Shown: positions 27,727-37,177, counted from the stretch's first letter. The stretch is DNA of 61,188 nucleotides from Patescibacteria group bacterium (GCA_016176685.1 JACOWS010000006.1:1-61188), one strand, 5' to 3'. Translations and numbers: made by a program. Notes: generated by a model from the letters alone, not told the origin.

Positions 27727-27951
27727 ATGGATAGCAAGCGCCAAGGCGAAATCGCCCTTGAGCTGGTGAAGACATACGCCAGCAAAAACGGCCTTCCGAG
27801 CGTCGACGAAGCAAAGCGTCGGTTCGGAAATATCGCCAAGGAAACTGGTATTTCGAAGGAAGAGTTGACGGCGTTCGCCGATGCAATTCTTCCCGACCTC
27901 ATCGGTCGGATCTTCGGATACAAGAGTGTCTCCATGGAAACGTCACGGTAA
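27727..27951 (+). CDS. small hypothetical protein (islet cargo), 74 aa
   Basis: SD GAGGAG before ATG 27727; MDSKRQGEIALELVK...; has its own promoter and terminator. Confidence 0.7.
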   Translation: MDSKRQGEIALELVKTYASKNGLPSVDEAKRRFGNIAKETGISKEELTAFADAILPDLIGRIFGYKSVSMETSR

Positions 27952-28068
27952 ATGACGGATAAGAACTTACCACAACACACAGGTTGAGATCCTCGGATCT
28001 CTTAAAGGGTAATGCTCACTATCCTGCGGGATAGAGAGCGAATAAGAACCTTCCTCGTGTTGGTTACT

Positions 28069-28098
28069 GAACCCCTTGCTTCGGCAAGGGGTTCTTTC
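28069..28098 (+). terminator. intrinsic terminator with UUCG loop
   Basis: GAACCCCTTGC-TTCG-GCAAGGGGTTC-TTTC. Confidence 0.85.
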
Positions 28099-28300
28099 TA
28101 TCCATTTGTAAAGAACCATTGTGTGGGCTTTGCCCACTCGAACCTTTTCCGCCAAAGAAAAATTTGATATTGTCAGCGGTGCGGCTTCGCCGCGCCGTTT
28201 TCCTGCGCGGGGTTTGCGCCGCCGCCCCCACCGGCGGCGCTGGTTCGAGCTATTGCAAGTATTTTGCACCATTTAGGAAATTGCAAGTATTTTGCACCAA

Positions 28301-28338
28301 CGTCAAAAAGTCCCAACTTTTGTTGGGACTTTTTGACG
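28301..28338. terminator. 17-bp perfect inverted repeat, probably the clpB terminator
   Basis: CGTCAAAAAGTCCCAAC-TTTT-GTTGGGACTTTTTGACG, 17 nt beyond the clpB stop. Confidence 0.7.
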
Positions 28339-28355
28339 CCCACCTTTGACTATAC

Positions 28356-31070
28356 TTAGGATAAACTTACTTTTTCTTCCCCCAGGATTTCTTGCGGGAG
28401 TTTGACGCGGCGGGTGCGGCCGGTTTTTTTTACCTCAAAAACAAACTCGCCGTCTTTAACATTGACCATTACGCTCCCGCCTTGGAGTACCCCGCGCGAC
28501 ACCATCAAGTTGGCCATTTTGGTTAAAATTTTGTCCTGTATGAGCCGGCGCAGTGGCCGCGCGCCATAGTGCGGGTTGTAACCCTCCTTAGCCAGGTAGT
28601 CGTACACCGCCGGCGCAAACCCGAGCGTAATGTCTTTGGCCGCCAGGCGCGCCACAATTTCTTTAATTGCCTCGGGGCTTAGAATATTGAAGATGATTAT
28701 CTCATCGATACGGTTGAGGAACTCCGGGCGGAAGTGCTCTTTGAGCGCCGCGCTTACCTTTTCCTTCGCCATTTTGTAGTTTTGCGCGTCGCTGGTGCCG
28801 CCGAAGGCAAAGCCGATTTGCTCCATCTTGTCTATGTACTGCGCGCCGATGTTGGAGGTCATAATGATGATAGTGTTGCGGAAGTTGACCCGCCGCCCCT
28901 TGGCATCGGTCAGGTAGCCGTTGTCCAGCACTTGGAGGAGTATGTTAAACACCTCCGGGTGCGCTTTTTCTATCTCGTCAAACAAGAGCACCGCGTAGGG
29001 CCGGTGGCGCACCACTTCGGTCAAGGCGCCGCCCTCTTCGTGTCCCACATAGCCTGGCGGCGCGCCGATAATTTTTGAAACCGAGTGCTTTTCCATATAC
29101 TCGGACATATCTACCCGTATGAGCGACTTTTCGTCGTCAAACATAAACTCCGCAAGCGCGCGCGTGAGCTCGGTCTTGCCCACCCCGGTGGGCCCCAAAA
29201 ACATAAACGAGGCGATAGGCCGGTTGGGGTCGGAGATGCCGGCGCGCGAGCGCTTCACCGCGTCGGACACTTTTCCAACCGCCTCGCTCTGCCCGACCAC
29301 GCGCTCTTTAAGCGACGCTTCGATTCGCATGAGTTTTTGCGCTTCTTCCTCGAGCATGCGCGAGACCGGCACGCCGGTCCATTTTGAAACGACCGAGGCA
29401 ATGTCGCTTTCCGTTATCTCCTCTTTGAGCAGGCGGCGCGAGGTCTGGAGTTTTTTGAGCCTCTTTTGTTTTTGCTCAAGCTCCTTCTCGAGGCTCGGTA
29501 TCTCGCCGTAGCGGATTTCCGCCGCGCGCGAAAGGTCTACCGCCGCCTCGGCGGTGTCCGCCTCCATGCGCAGAGACTCCAGCTCTTTTTTTATAGACTT
29601 AATATCCTGCAAAATCTGCTTTTCGTTCTTCCATCGAAGTTCCAACTCGCCGGTTTTTTCCTTGAGCTCCGCAATATCGCGCTCGATCTCTTTGACGCGC
29701 GCTCCCGCCTTGCCATGAGGCGTCGTGGCGCCTTTTTTGCCGGAAGCGGACTCCTTTTCCCCCTCGGCCTCTTTGCGCAGGGCCTCCTTTTCTACCTCGA
29801 GCCGCATTATTTTGCGGTGGGCATCCTCCAAAACCGGCGGCTTATTTTCCAAAGAGATGCGCAGAGAAGATGCCGCTTCGTCTATAAGGTCTATCGCCTT
29901 GTCGGGCAAAAACCGGTCCGGGATATACCTGGCGGAAAGCTCTACCGCGGTTACTATCGCATTGTCGGTGATGTGCACGCCATGGAAGAGTTCGTATTTT
30001 TCCTTCAGCCCGCGCAAAATAGCGGTCGCATCGTCTATAGACGGCTCAAGTACGTGCACCGGCTGGAAGCGGCGCTGGAACGCCGGGTCGCGCTCGATGT
30101 GTTTTTGATATTCCTTGAGCGTTGTCGCACCCACCACGTGCAGGTCGCCGCGCGCCAGAGCCGGTTTGAGCATATTGCTGGCGTCGAGCGCTCCCTCGGC
30201 GGCACCCGCACCTATCATAGTGTGTATCTCGTCTATAAAAAGGAGGATCTTGCCCTCGGAGCGCTCGATTTCTTTGACTATCGCTTTGAGCCGCTCTTCA
30301 AACTCGCCGCGATACTTGGTGCCGGCGATCAAAGACCCCAGGTCAAGCGAGACGAGCTCTTTGCCGCGCAGAGATTCCGGCACGTCGCCCGTGGCTATCC
30401 GCGAGGCGAGACCCTCGGCTATTGCGGTTTTACCGACTCCCGCCTCGCCTATCAAAATGGGGTTGTTTTTGGTGCGGCGAGAAAGTATTTGGATAACGCG
30501 GCTGATTTCTTCGTCGCGGCCGATAACCGGGTCGAGTTTGTTTTCGGCGGCCATCTTGGTGAGTGAGCGCGTGTATTTGGAAAGCGCTCGGTATTTTTTC
30601 TGCTCCGGGGCGGCCGACTTGCTGGAGCGCAGTTCCGATACCATGCGAACCAACCCGTCCCTGGTGATGCGAAAGCGGTTTAAGAGGTCGCGTGCGGCGC
30701 CGGGTATGTCGAGTAATGCCACAAAAAGATGTTCGGTCGAGACAAACTCGTCGTGGAGTTCGGTGGCCACCTTGGCCGAGCGCTCAAGCACCTGTACCAG
30801 GTCGGGAGTTAGGTACAGCTGGTAGGAAGGCGATAATACTGAAGATACCGAGCCGCTTCCCTCGAGCGCCTCGAGCACCGTGTCGGTGAGCAGTATCACG
30901 TCTATGTCGAGCCGCTCAAGGACGGTGGCAACCAAAGATTCTTCTTGCAGGAGCAGGGCGCCCAACAGATGTATCGGGCTCACTTGGTTTTGGCCGCGCT
31001 CAACGGCGAGCTCGTACGCTCTGCGGACCGCCTCTTTTGCCTTGGTGGTGAAGTGGTTAAATGGGGGCAT
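28356..31070 (-). CDS. clpB: ATP-dependent chaperone ClpB
   Basis: Two AAA+ modules ([16 protein letters not shown]), coiled-coil M-domain, IDLIDEA and GYVGHEEGG. Confidence 0.95.
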   Translation of the reverse strand: MPPFNHFTTKAKEAVRRAYELAVERGQNQVSPIHLLGALLLQEESLVATVLERLDIDVILLTDTVLEALEGSGSVSSVLSPSYQLYLTPDLVQVLERSAKVATELHDEFVSTEHLFVALLDIPGAARDLLNRFRITRDGLVRMVSELRSSKSAAPEQKKYRALSKYTRSLTKMAAENKLDPVIGRDEEISRVIQILSRRTKNNPILIGEAGVGKTAIAEGLASRIATGDVPESLRGKELVSLDLGSLIAGTKYRGEFEERLKAIVKEIERSEGKILLFIDEIHTMIGAGAAEGALDASNMLKPALARGDLHVVGATTLKEYQKHIERDPAFQRRFQPVHVLEPSIDDATAILRGLKEKYELFHGVHITDNAIVTAVELSARYIPDRFLPDKAIDLIDEAASSLRISLENKPPVLEDAHRKIMRLEVEKEALRKEAEGEKESASGKKGATTPHGKAGARVKEIERDIAELKEKTGELELRWKNEKQILQDIKSIKKELESLRMEADTAEAAVDLSRAAEIRYGEIPSLEKELEQKQKRLKKLQTSRRLLKEEITESDIASVVSKWTGVPVSRMLEEEAQKLMRIEASLKERVVGQSEAVGKVSDAVKRSRAGISDPNRPIASFMFLGPTGVGKTELTRALAEFMFDDEKSLIRVDMSEYMEKHSVSKIIGAPPGYVGHEEGGALTEVVRHRPYAVLLFDEIEKAHPEVFNILLQVLDNGYLTDAKGRRVNFRNTIIIMTSNIGAQYIDKMEQIGFAFGGTSDAQNYKMAKEKVSAALKEHFRPEFLNRIDEIIIFNILSPEAIKEIVARLAAKDITLGFAPAVYDYLAKEGYNPHYGARPLRRLIQDKILTKMANLMVSRGVLQGGSVMVNVKDGEFVFEVKKTGRTRRVKLPQEILGEEKVSLS

Positions 31071-31085
31071 ATAGTTACTTATATA

Positions 31086-31913
31086 TTACGAACTGGTGGC
31101 TGGTTTTGTTTCAGTAGGGTTTACGGGGGCGGCGGGGGCGGCAGTTTGCGGTATGGAGTAGAAGTCGGAGCCACGCGCTGTCGACTCGGCGGTTATCATG
31201 CCCACCACCTCTCCAAAAAGCGTGATGATAATGGAACCCGGTGTTGCCGAGGACACACTTGCCTCAATCATGCTCGGCGCGGTACCTGGGGCGCCGGCCG
31301 GGATCATTGCAACCACTCCGGAGCCGACTGTGTCTGCACTGATACCGCCGATACGGATGACCGTTTGCCCTAGCGCCACTTTGCTGATGTCAACTATTTT
31401 TACCGGGGCAAAGCCGGTAGAGGTACCGACCGCAACCGCAATGGTTGCGAGCGGGGTCGAGGTTGCCTGCATCGAGGGGAGAGTAAGCGGGACGCGCTCG
31501 CCGCTTGCCAGAATCGCCTCAAAGTCTGTAGCTCCGGATGCCGAGAGTGCCGCACGGTCGGTTAGGCCCGCGCCCTCTTGGCTCATGATAATGCCGCGCG
31601 CCACCAACGTATCGCCCCCCCTTGCAACGATGCGGATAATCCCCTTTTGCACCGAGGCGATAGATTGTGCGATAAGGTCGTCATCTTTAACTACCACCGT
31701 CTTCTCGGTCACGGTTACTGCCGCGGCGCCCAGGTTTTGCGGCACTACTCTTTCTATAGTTTTCTCGACTATCTGATTAACGACCTTGGTGACCCCGGCT
31801 GGGGCTTGGTCCATGAGAGAAACGGTGACTATGCCGGTTGCTATAGACGTCACAAAACTCACCAAAAGCGTGAGTAAAATAATCTGATGCTTAGTGAGCT
31901 TTTCTATATCCAT
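31086..31913 (-). CDS. membrane-anchored trypsin/HtrA-like fold protein, catalytic residues not recognisable
   Basis: TM plus S1C-like layout (GIIMSQEG.GLTDRA, LGQTVI, GEVVGM) without the TNxH or GNSGG motifs. Confidence 0.6.
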   Translation of the reverse strand: MDIEKLTKHQIILLTLLVSFVTSIATGIVTVSLMDQAPAGVTKVVNQIVEKTIERVVPQNLGAAAVTVTEKTVVVKDDDLIAQSIASVQKGIIRIVARGGDTLVARGIIMSQEGAGLTDRAALSASGATDFEAILASGERVPLTLPSMQATSTPLATIAVAVGTSTGFAPVKIVDISKVALGQTVIRIGGISADTVGSGVVAMIPAGAPGTAPSMIEASVSSATPGSIIITLFGEVVGMITAESTARGSDFYSIPQTAAPAAPVNPTETKPATSS

Positions 31914-31937
31914 ACCACAATGTTTTTCTAAGCCGCA

Positions 31938-33266
31938 TTATAGCACATGACGGTACAGTGCGACAATACTTTCCAAGGCGCGGGCGATAGTACGCGCGTC
32001 GGCTCTTGTGGCGGTTGGCAAAAGGGTCAGCCGCAGTGAAGAGCGCGCCAACTCCGGAGAAACGCCGAGCGCCTCAAGCATGTGGCTGGGGTGGCCCGAG
32101 GAAGTGTCGCAGGCACTGCGGGTCGAGGCGGCGATGCCGCCCGCGTCGAGCGCTATAACCGCCATCTCACCGGAGAGACCGGGTATTATTAAATTAATAT
32201 TATTTGCAATCCGGCAGGCCGGAGAAAAGGGGGTAAGACTTGGCCTAGCGGCCCGGAGCGCACCCTTTTCCTGGCCTGCCGGATTGTTCCCACATGCCGG
32301 ACCGTTGAGTTTTGCACTCGGAATGCGCCGCTGTATTTCGCTCCATAAAAAGTCGCGCACAGCCGCCGTCTGCAGTGCGCGTGCTTCGCACCCTTTTGCC
32401 GCCTCCACAAGCGCCGCGGCAAACGCACCGGCCGCGGCGACATTTTCTGTCCCACTGCGCAAACCGGCCTCTTGCCCGCCGCCCCAAATAATCGGCTCAA
32501 CCAAAGTACCGCGGCGTACGTAGAGAGCTCCTATACCTTTTGGCCCGCCGACCTTTTGCGCATCCAGAGTCATCAAATCAACGCCAAGTTTTTCTACATT
32601 AAGCGGCAGCCACAGGGGCGCCTGCGACGCATCGGTGTGCAGGTAAAGCGGGGCAGAATCTCGCAAAGCGAGGGTAAGACTTGGGTCTTTAGCGGCCCGG
32701 AGCGCCCGAGTGTGCGGGATTCTGCCCCGCTTTATAAAACGCAGTTCTTTTGCAATCGCGCGGATGTCTTGCACCGCGCCCATTTCGCTGTTGACCATCT
32801 GCACCGACAAAAGCGCGGTGTCCTCGCCTACCGCTTCGCGCAACTGTTTTGGGTCTAGGAGTCCGTGTGCATCTACGGTAAGTTTTGTAACATACAAACC
32901 CTCGCGCTCAAGCGCGCGCAGGGGTTCCAATACCGAAGAATGTTCTATCGCGCTCGTGACTGCCCCCACCTCTCCACGATCTAAAAGAAGCGGCCGCAAT
33001 ACGCCTTGGAGCGCGAGGTTGTTTGCCTCGGTACCGCTGCCCACAAATATAATTTCGTCCGCGTGGGCGCCGATGGCGCCTGCAACTTTCGCGCGCGCGG
33101 CCTCAAGCTCTTTTTGTGCCGCAACCGCCTCCTGGTGGAGCGCGCTTGGATTGCCAAAAAGCCGCAAGAGCCGTGCAAGCTCTTTTCGTGCCGCGCGCGA
33201 GAGCGGCATCGCCGCCGCCGCGTCTGCATAGACCCGTTTACCCGGCCATCGTATCTGCCATTTCAT
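31938..33266 (-). CDS. iscS: cysteine desulfurase (IscS/NifS family) with two in-frame hairpin insertions
   Basis: GNPSALH, SGTEANN, HTDASQ, DAQKVGGPKGIG, RSGTEN and STRSAC (catalytic Cys). Confidence 0.92.
   Translation of the reverse strand: MKWQIRWPGKRVYADAAAAMPLSRAARKELARLLRLFGNPSALHQEAVAAQKELEAARAKVAGAIGAHADEIIFVGSGTEANNLALQGVLRPLLLDRGEVGAVTSAIEHSSVLEPLRALEREGLYVTKLTVDAHGLLDPKQLREAVGEDTALLSVQMVNSEMGAVQDIRAIAKELRFIKRGRIPHTRALRAAKDPSLTLALRDSAPLYLHTDASQAPLWLPLNVEKLGVDLMTLDAQKVGGPKGIGALYVRRGTLVEPIIWGGGQEAGLRSGTENVAAAGAFAAALVEAAKGCEARALQTAAVRDFLWSEIQRRIPSAKLNGPACGNNPAGQEKGALRAARPSLTPFSPACRIANNINLIIPGLSGEMAVIALDAGGIAASTRSACDTSSGHPSHMLEALGVSPELARSSLRLTLLPTATRADARTIARALESIVALYRHVL
32207..32286. 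repeat. in-frame hairpin element 1 in iscS
   Basis: 14-bp perfect arms CAATCCGGCAGGCC/GGCCTGCCGGATTG; core shared with 32644-32734. Confidence 0.88.
32644..32734. repeat. in-frame hairpin element 2 in iscS
   Basis: 22-bp arms (1 mismatch); core GGGTAAGACTTGG...TAGCGGCCCGGAGCGC. Confidence 0.88.
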
Positions 33267-33300
33267 ATTCGCTCCAATCTACTATATACTGTTTGTACGT

Positions 33301-34833
33301 ATGAGCGAAACGGCCGCGGATAAGGGGGTTCGGCCCCCGATTGTTGCCATTGTGGGACATATAGACCACGGCAAGTCCACCCTGCTCGACTATATTCGAA
33401 AGACCAATGTGGTAGAAGCGGAGGCGGGAGGTATCACCCAACACCTCTCCGCCTACGAAGCCGTGCACAAAAACACAACCGGAGAACATCGCATAACCTT
33501 CCTCGACACGCCGGGGCACGAGGCCTTTAAAGCGATGCGCTCGCGGGGGCTTGAGGTCGCCGACGTTGCTATTTTGGTAGTCTCTGCAGAGGATGGCGTA
33601 AAACCGCAAACGGTAGAGACGCTTAAACTTATTGCCGATACAAAAATTCCTTACATTGTTGCACTCACCAAAATAGACAAACCGGATGCCAATGTAGAAA
33701 AAGCAAAAATGTCTTTGCTCGAGCATGGCGTCTACCTTGAAGGGCTCGGCGGCAACATCCCCTATGTTGCCATTTCAAGCAAGACAGGCGCGGGAGTGCC
33801 GGAGCTGTTGGACCTCATTTTGCTTGCCGCAGAGCTCGAGGGTATCTCCGGAGACCCGGCCGCCCCGCCTAAGGGCGTGGTGCTAGATGCGTACGCCGAC
33901 AGCAAGCGCGGCACCACCGCCACGCTGCTGGTAAAAAACGGCACACTGGAGAGTGGCCAGTTTGTGGTTGCCGGTGATGCGTGGGCTCCGGTGCGGATTA
34001 TGGAAAACTTTTTGGGCAAATCCATACAGCTAGCACTCCCAGGGAGCCCTGCTCGAGTGGTGGGTTTTTCCGCTCTCCCGGCCGCGGGGAGATCGTTTAT
34101 GGTTGTGCATAGTAAAAAAGAGGCAGAGGCACAAGCGCTTGCCAACGCGCCCAAAAAAGCCGGCAGACCCATGCCGGCCGCCCTAGACGCCACCGAGGCA
34201 CAAAGCGAGGAACCGACGCCGCATCTGGTACTCCCTATTGTTATCAAAACAGATGTGGCCGGCATGGGCGATGCGGTTATGCACGAGCTTCGCAAGCTGC
34301 CCCAGAGCGAGCAGTTGGAAATACACCTGGCGCTCCAGGGCGTGGGCCCTATTTCCGAAAACGACGTCAAGCTGGTGGGCGGCGGCAAAACACCCGGGCT
34401 TATCATCGGCTTCAACGTCAAGGCGGATGCCGCGGTACGCGAGGCGGCAGAGCGGCACGGCGTGGTGATAGGTATGTTTGATGTCATCTACAAGCTCGGT
34501 GAGTGGCTCGGCAAAGAGTTTGAGGCGCGCCGGCCCAAAGTGCGCACGGAGGAGCGTACCGCCGCCGCCAAGGTTTTAAAATATTTTAGCGGCGGTAAGG
34601 GCAAGGTGGTCTTGGGCGGCCGAGTCGAGGAGGGCACTTTGGCGTTGGGCGAGGAAGTGTATTTTTTTAGACGCGACCTCAATCTTGGTTCCGGCACCAT
34701 CACCAACCTCCAGGCGCAGAAAAAAGAGGTGAAGCGGGTCGAGGCCGGGGCCGAGTTTGGCGCGCAGATAAAAACATCGGTGGAGCCGGCACCCGGCGAC
34801 AAGTTCGAGGCGCACGCTATCGTATTTAAATAA
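33301..34833 (+). CDS. infB: translation initiation factor IF-2 (short form, no N-terminal domain)
   Basis: [29 protein letters not shown] and IIGFNV; 510 aa. Confidence 0.95.
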   Translation: MSETAADKGVRPPIVAIVGHIDHGKSTLLDYIRKTNVVEAEAGGITQHLSAYEAVHKNTTGEHRITFLDTPGHEAFKAMRSRGLEVADVAILVVSAEDGVKPQTVETLKLIADTKIPYIVALTKIDKPDANVEKAKMSLLEHGVYLEGLGGNIPYVAISSKTGAGVPELLDLILLAAELEGISGDPAAPPKGVVLDAYADSKRGTTATLLVKNGTLESGQFVVAGDAWAPVRIMENFLGKSIQLALPGSPARVVGFSALPAAGRSFMVVHSKKEAEAQALANAPKKAGRPMPAALDATEAQSEEPTPHLVLPIVIKTDVAGMGDAVMHELRKLPQSEQLEIHLALQGVGPISENDVKLVGGGKTPGLIIGFNVKADAAVREAAERHGVVIGMFDVIYKLGEWLGKEFEARRPKVRTEERTAAAKVLKYFSGGKGKVVLGGRVEEGTLALGEEVYFFRRDLNLGSGTITNLQAQKKEVKRVEAGAEFGAQIKTSVEPAPGDKFEAHAIVFK

Positions 34834-35148
34834 ATGCACAATCGAGACGACAAAATGCGCGAGGCACTGCGCGAGGTTGCGGCAGAGTTTTTGTCGCGCG
34901 AGGCAAACCCCACCCCGCTTATCACGGTGACCCGCGCCGCACTAAGCGAGGACCACGCGCGCGGCGTGGTGTATATGACCGTGTTCCCCGAGTCGGGCGA
35001 GGCGGCTGCGGTTGCTTTTGCCAACCGCGCCGCTGGGGAGTTTGCAACGTTTTTTAAAAAGCGCATCCGCGGCATGTCGCCGCCGCGCGTTGTGTTTGAA
35101 ATTGATAAGGGAGAAAAAAGCCGCCAACGGCTCGACCAATTACTCTAG
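34834..35148 (+). CDS. rbfA: ribosome-binding factor A
   Basis: ITVTRAALSED...PRVVFEID; directly after infB. Confidence 0.85.
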   Translation: MHNRDDKMREALREVAAEFLSREANPTPLITVTRAALSEDHARGVVYMTVFPESGEAAAVAFANRAAGEFATFFKKRIRGMSPPRVVFEIDKGEKSRQRLDQLL

Positions 35149-35220
35149 AGGCCACGGCGGGAATCGCACCCGCGTATAAGGGTTTTGCAGACCCTTGCCT
35201 TACTACTTGGCTACGTGGCC
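35149..35220 (-). tRNA. trnC: tRNA-Cys(GCA)
   Basis: GGCCACG acceptor; loop CTGCAAA; T-loop TGCGATT. Confidence 0.92.
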
Positions 35221-35260
35221 GTGTTTGTTACTGTATCATTTGATGGTAAAAATAGTAAAC

Positions 35261-35342
35261 GCCCGGGTGGCGGAATTGGTATACGCGCTCGACTTAAGAT
35301 CGAGTTCCGTAAGGAATGTGAGTTCGAGTCTCACCCCGGGCA
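35261..35342 (+). tRNA. trnL: tRNA-Leu(TAA)
   Basis: GCCCGGG/CCCGGGC acceptor; loop CTTAAGA; variable arm; GTTCGAGTC. Confidence 0.93.
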
Positions 35343-35378
35343 CCTGTTAGTGAGAAAGACCAAAGACGCATAAATGCT

Positions 35379-35867
35379 ATGAAATTACTTACAGGGCAGG
35401 AAGAACAAGAAGCAAATAAGTGGTTTGGCGAGGCGGCACAGGTCGCGCGCAGAGCGCTCTGCCTACGTGCCAAGTGTGGAGCAGTTATTGTGAAAGACGG
35501 AGAGATAATTGGCGAAGGATACAATGCCCCGCCGCAAGATAATCCCGAATTCCGAACGTGTTTGAATGAATACGAATTGCCTAAAAATTATCGCCATGAC
35601 CACACCTGTTGCATGCATTCCGAATGGCGAGCCATACTCGACGCCAAAGAACGCAACCCCGCCAAACTCAAGGGCTCACGGCTATATTTTGTGCGAGTAA
35701 CGGATGCAGGCGAATGTAAGCGTTCAGGAAAACCTTATTGCACGGTATGTAGCAGACTCGCGCTTGATTCGAGGATAGCGGAGTTCGTCCTCTGGCAAGA
35801 GGAAGGTTTTGCCGTTTTTCCGACCGATGAATACAATCAGCTCTCGTTTCAAAATATAAAAGAGTAA
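35379..35867 (+). CDS. dCMP deaminase-like Zn-dependent deaminase
   Basis: CLRAKCGAVIV...GYNAPP; HSEWRAI (HxE); PYCTVC (PCxxC variant). Confidence 0.85.
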   Translation: MKLLTGQEEQEANKWFGEAAQVARRALCLRAKCGAVIVKDGEIIGEGYNAPPQDNPEFRTCLNEYELPKNYRHDHTCCMHSEWRAILDAKERNPAKLKGSRLYFVRVTDAGECKRSGKPYCTVCSRLALDSRIAEFVLWQEEGFAVFPTDEYNQLSFQNIKE

Positions 35868-35919
35868 TCCAGACCGAGGGACTTAAGTCTGCTATAGTAA
35901 AATCATCAATACGGTCTTT

Positions 35920-36807
35920 ATGGAATGTATTTACGGCCCGCTTGCGAAAGAATTGCCGGACGGTTTTGCCCCGCCGGAGATGTGGCCGGAGTACGGGCAT
36001 CTTGTCGACCCGGCAGCCATTTGCAAACGCGAAGCCATAAGTAGCGACCCCATGGGCATCCGCTGGAGTTTGTGGCCACTGACGTTTGAAGAGTACGTCG
36101 GCGACACGGTCCCCGATGTAGTGCAGGCAAGCACGGGCGCGCTTGCCTACAGCCGGCTTGCGGTGTGGTACCGGGTACGAAACAACAACAGCGTGGCTCC
36201 CGGTGGGTGGTGGCAGTGGTCCAAACAAACCTATCGCATAGACGGCTATCAGATTCTCTCTTTCCACGAGCACATAACGGCGCACTGGAACAAAAACGCG
36301 CGCAGAGAATTGCGGCTGTGGCAGGAGCGGCACATGGGGACAACGCACGCCGTGATAGAGTTGTCGTTGGAAAAATATACCGAAGCATATAAAAAAAGTT
36401 TGATATCCAAACGACAGGGCAATGACCGACTCTACGCCCTACAGAGAAGGTTGAGACTTCCGGAGGTGGCCGCACACACCACGCTGTGGGGTGTTGTTAA
36501 CAGGCACAACGGTGCCGTGGTAGCCGGCACGGCGATAATCTATTCCCCCACTTATAAAAGCTCGACGCATTTTGCACCATTTATCCTCAAGGAGGCGCGG
36601 CCCATATTTGCGGCCACGGCACTTATACACCATTGGTTTGCCGAGTCGCTACGGAAAGGGATGCCTAAAATAATAACCACCAACTTTTGGCACCAGGGCA
36701 AACCTAAAAGCTGGAAGGGGTTCTCCGAGTTTAAATCGCACTTTGGGTTTACCTACGTTGCATATCCGCCGACCTTGTACCGGTTTGTGGGCGGAAAGTT
36801 TTTTTAA
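35920..36807 (+). CDS. hypothetical protein with GNAT/FemAB-like C-terminal fold
   Basis: WNKNARREL, GAVVAGTAII, ATALIHHWF and GFSEFKSHFG resemble the FemABX-type pattern. Confidence 0.6.
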   Translation: MECIYGPLAKELPDGFAPPEMWPEYGHLVDPAAICKREAISSDPMGIRWSLWPLTFEEYVGDTVPDVVQASTGALAYSRLAVWYRVRNNNSVAPGGWWQWSKQTYRIDGYQILSFHEHITAHWNKNARRELRLWQERHMGTTHAVIELSLEKYTEAYKKSLISKRQGNDRLYALQRRLRLPEVAAHTTLWGVVNRHNGAVVAGTAIIYSPTYKSSTHFAPFILKEARPIFAATALIHHWFAESLRKGMPKIITTNFWHQGKPKSWKGFSEFKSHFGFTYVAYPPTLYRFVGGKFF

Positions 36808-36812
36808 AATAT

Positions 36813-37142
36813 ATGAAAGGGTATGTATACATTCTAAAGGTAAGAAATGGGAATAGATACATTGGATCTACAATAAATTTAGAGAAGAGGGTGCTTGAAC
36901 ATATGAGAGGAAAAGTTTTCTCGACTAAGAATAAGTTACCGGTTACTTTAATGGCTTATAGATTTTTTGAAGATGTAAAAGAAGCTTCACTCTGGGAAAA
37001 AAAGTATAAAAAGAGTCACGGACAGTTGGAAAGAGACATTAAAAAAGGTATATTACTTCTTACTCCAGATGGACTGCCCGCCGGGCAGAGCCCTCTGGGC
37101 GGCGCCGCCCATAGCTCAGTTGGTAGAGCAACTCCCTCTTAA
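36813..37142 (+). CDS. GIY-YIG nuclease whose ORF runs into tRNA-Lys
   Basis: GYVYILK...YIGSTINLEKRVLEH...EKKYKK; the tail derives from a REP-like element and the tRNA 5' half. Confidence 0.85.
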   Translation: MKGYVYILKVRNGNRYIGSTINLEKRVLEHMRGKVFSTKNKLPVTLMAYRFFEDVKEASLWEKKYKKSHGQLERDIKKGILLLTPDGLPAGQSPLGGAAHSSVGRATPS

Positions 37143-37177
37143 GGAGATGGTCCGAGGTTCGAATCCTCGTGGGCGGA
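37105..37177 (+). tRNA. trnK: tRNA-Lys(CTT)
   Basis: CCGCCCA/TGGGCGG acceptor; TAGCTCAGTTGGTAGAGC; loop CTCTTAA; GGTTCGAATCC. Confidence 0.93.

Larger units (their letters stand above)
27208..28288. mobile_element. decayed tRNA-Tyr-integrated islet
   Basis: 23-bp direct repeat GCACCATTTAGGAAATTGCAAGT at 27208-27230 and 28266-28288 includes the tRNA 3' end and encloses a serine-recombinase stub. Confidence 0.75.

Noticed and set aside
27208-28299. CRISPR array suggested by repeated 20-31-bp sequences
   Set aside because: The repeats are different pairs with irregular spacing, there is no repeat-spacer periodicity, and no cas genes are present.
28621-28680. Possible short in-frame deletion in the ClpB C-terminal domain (IKEIV-ARL)
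   Set aside because: I cannot confirm it without an alignment; it could be lineage variation or an assembly slip.
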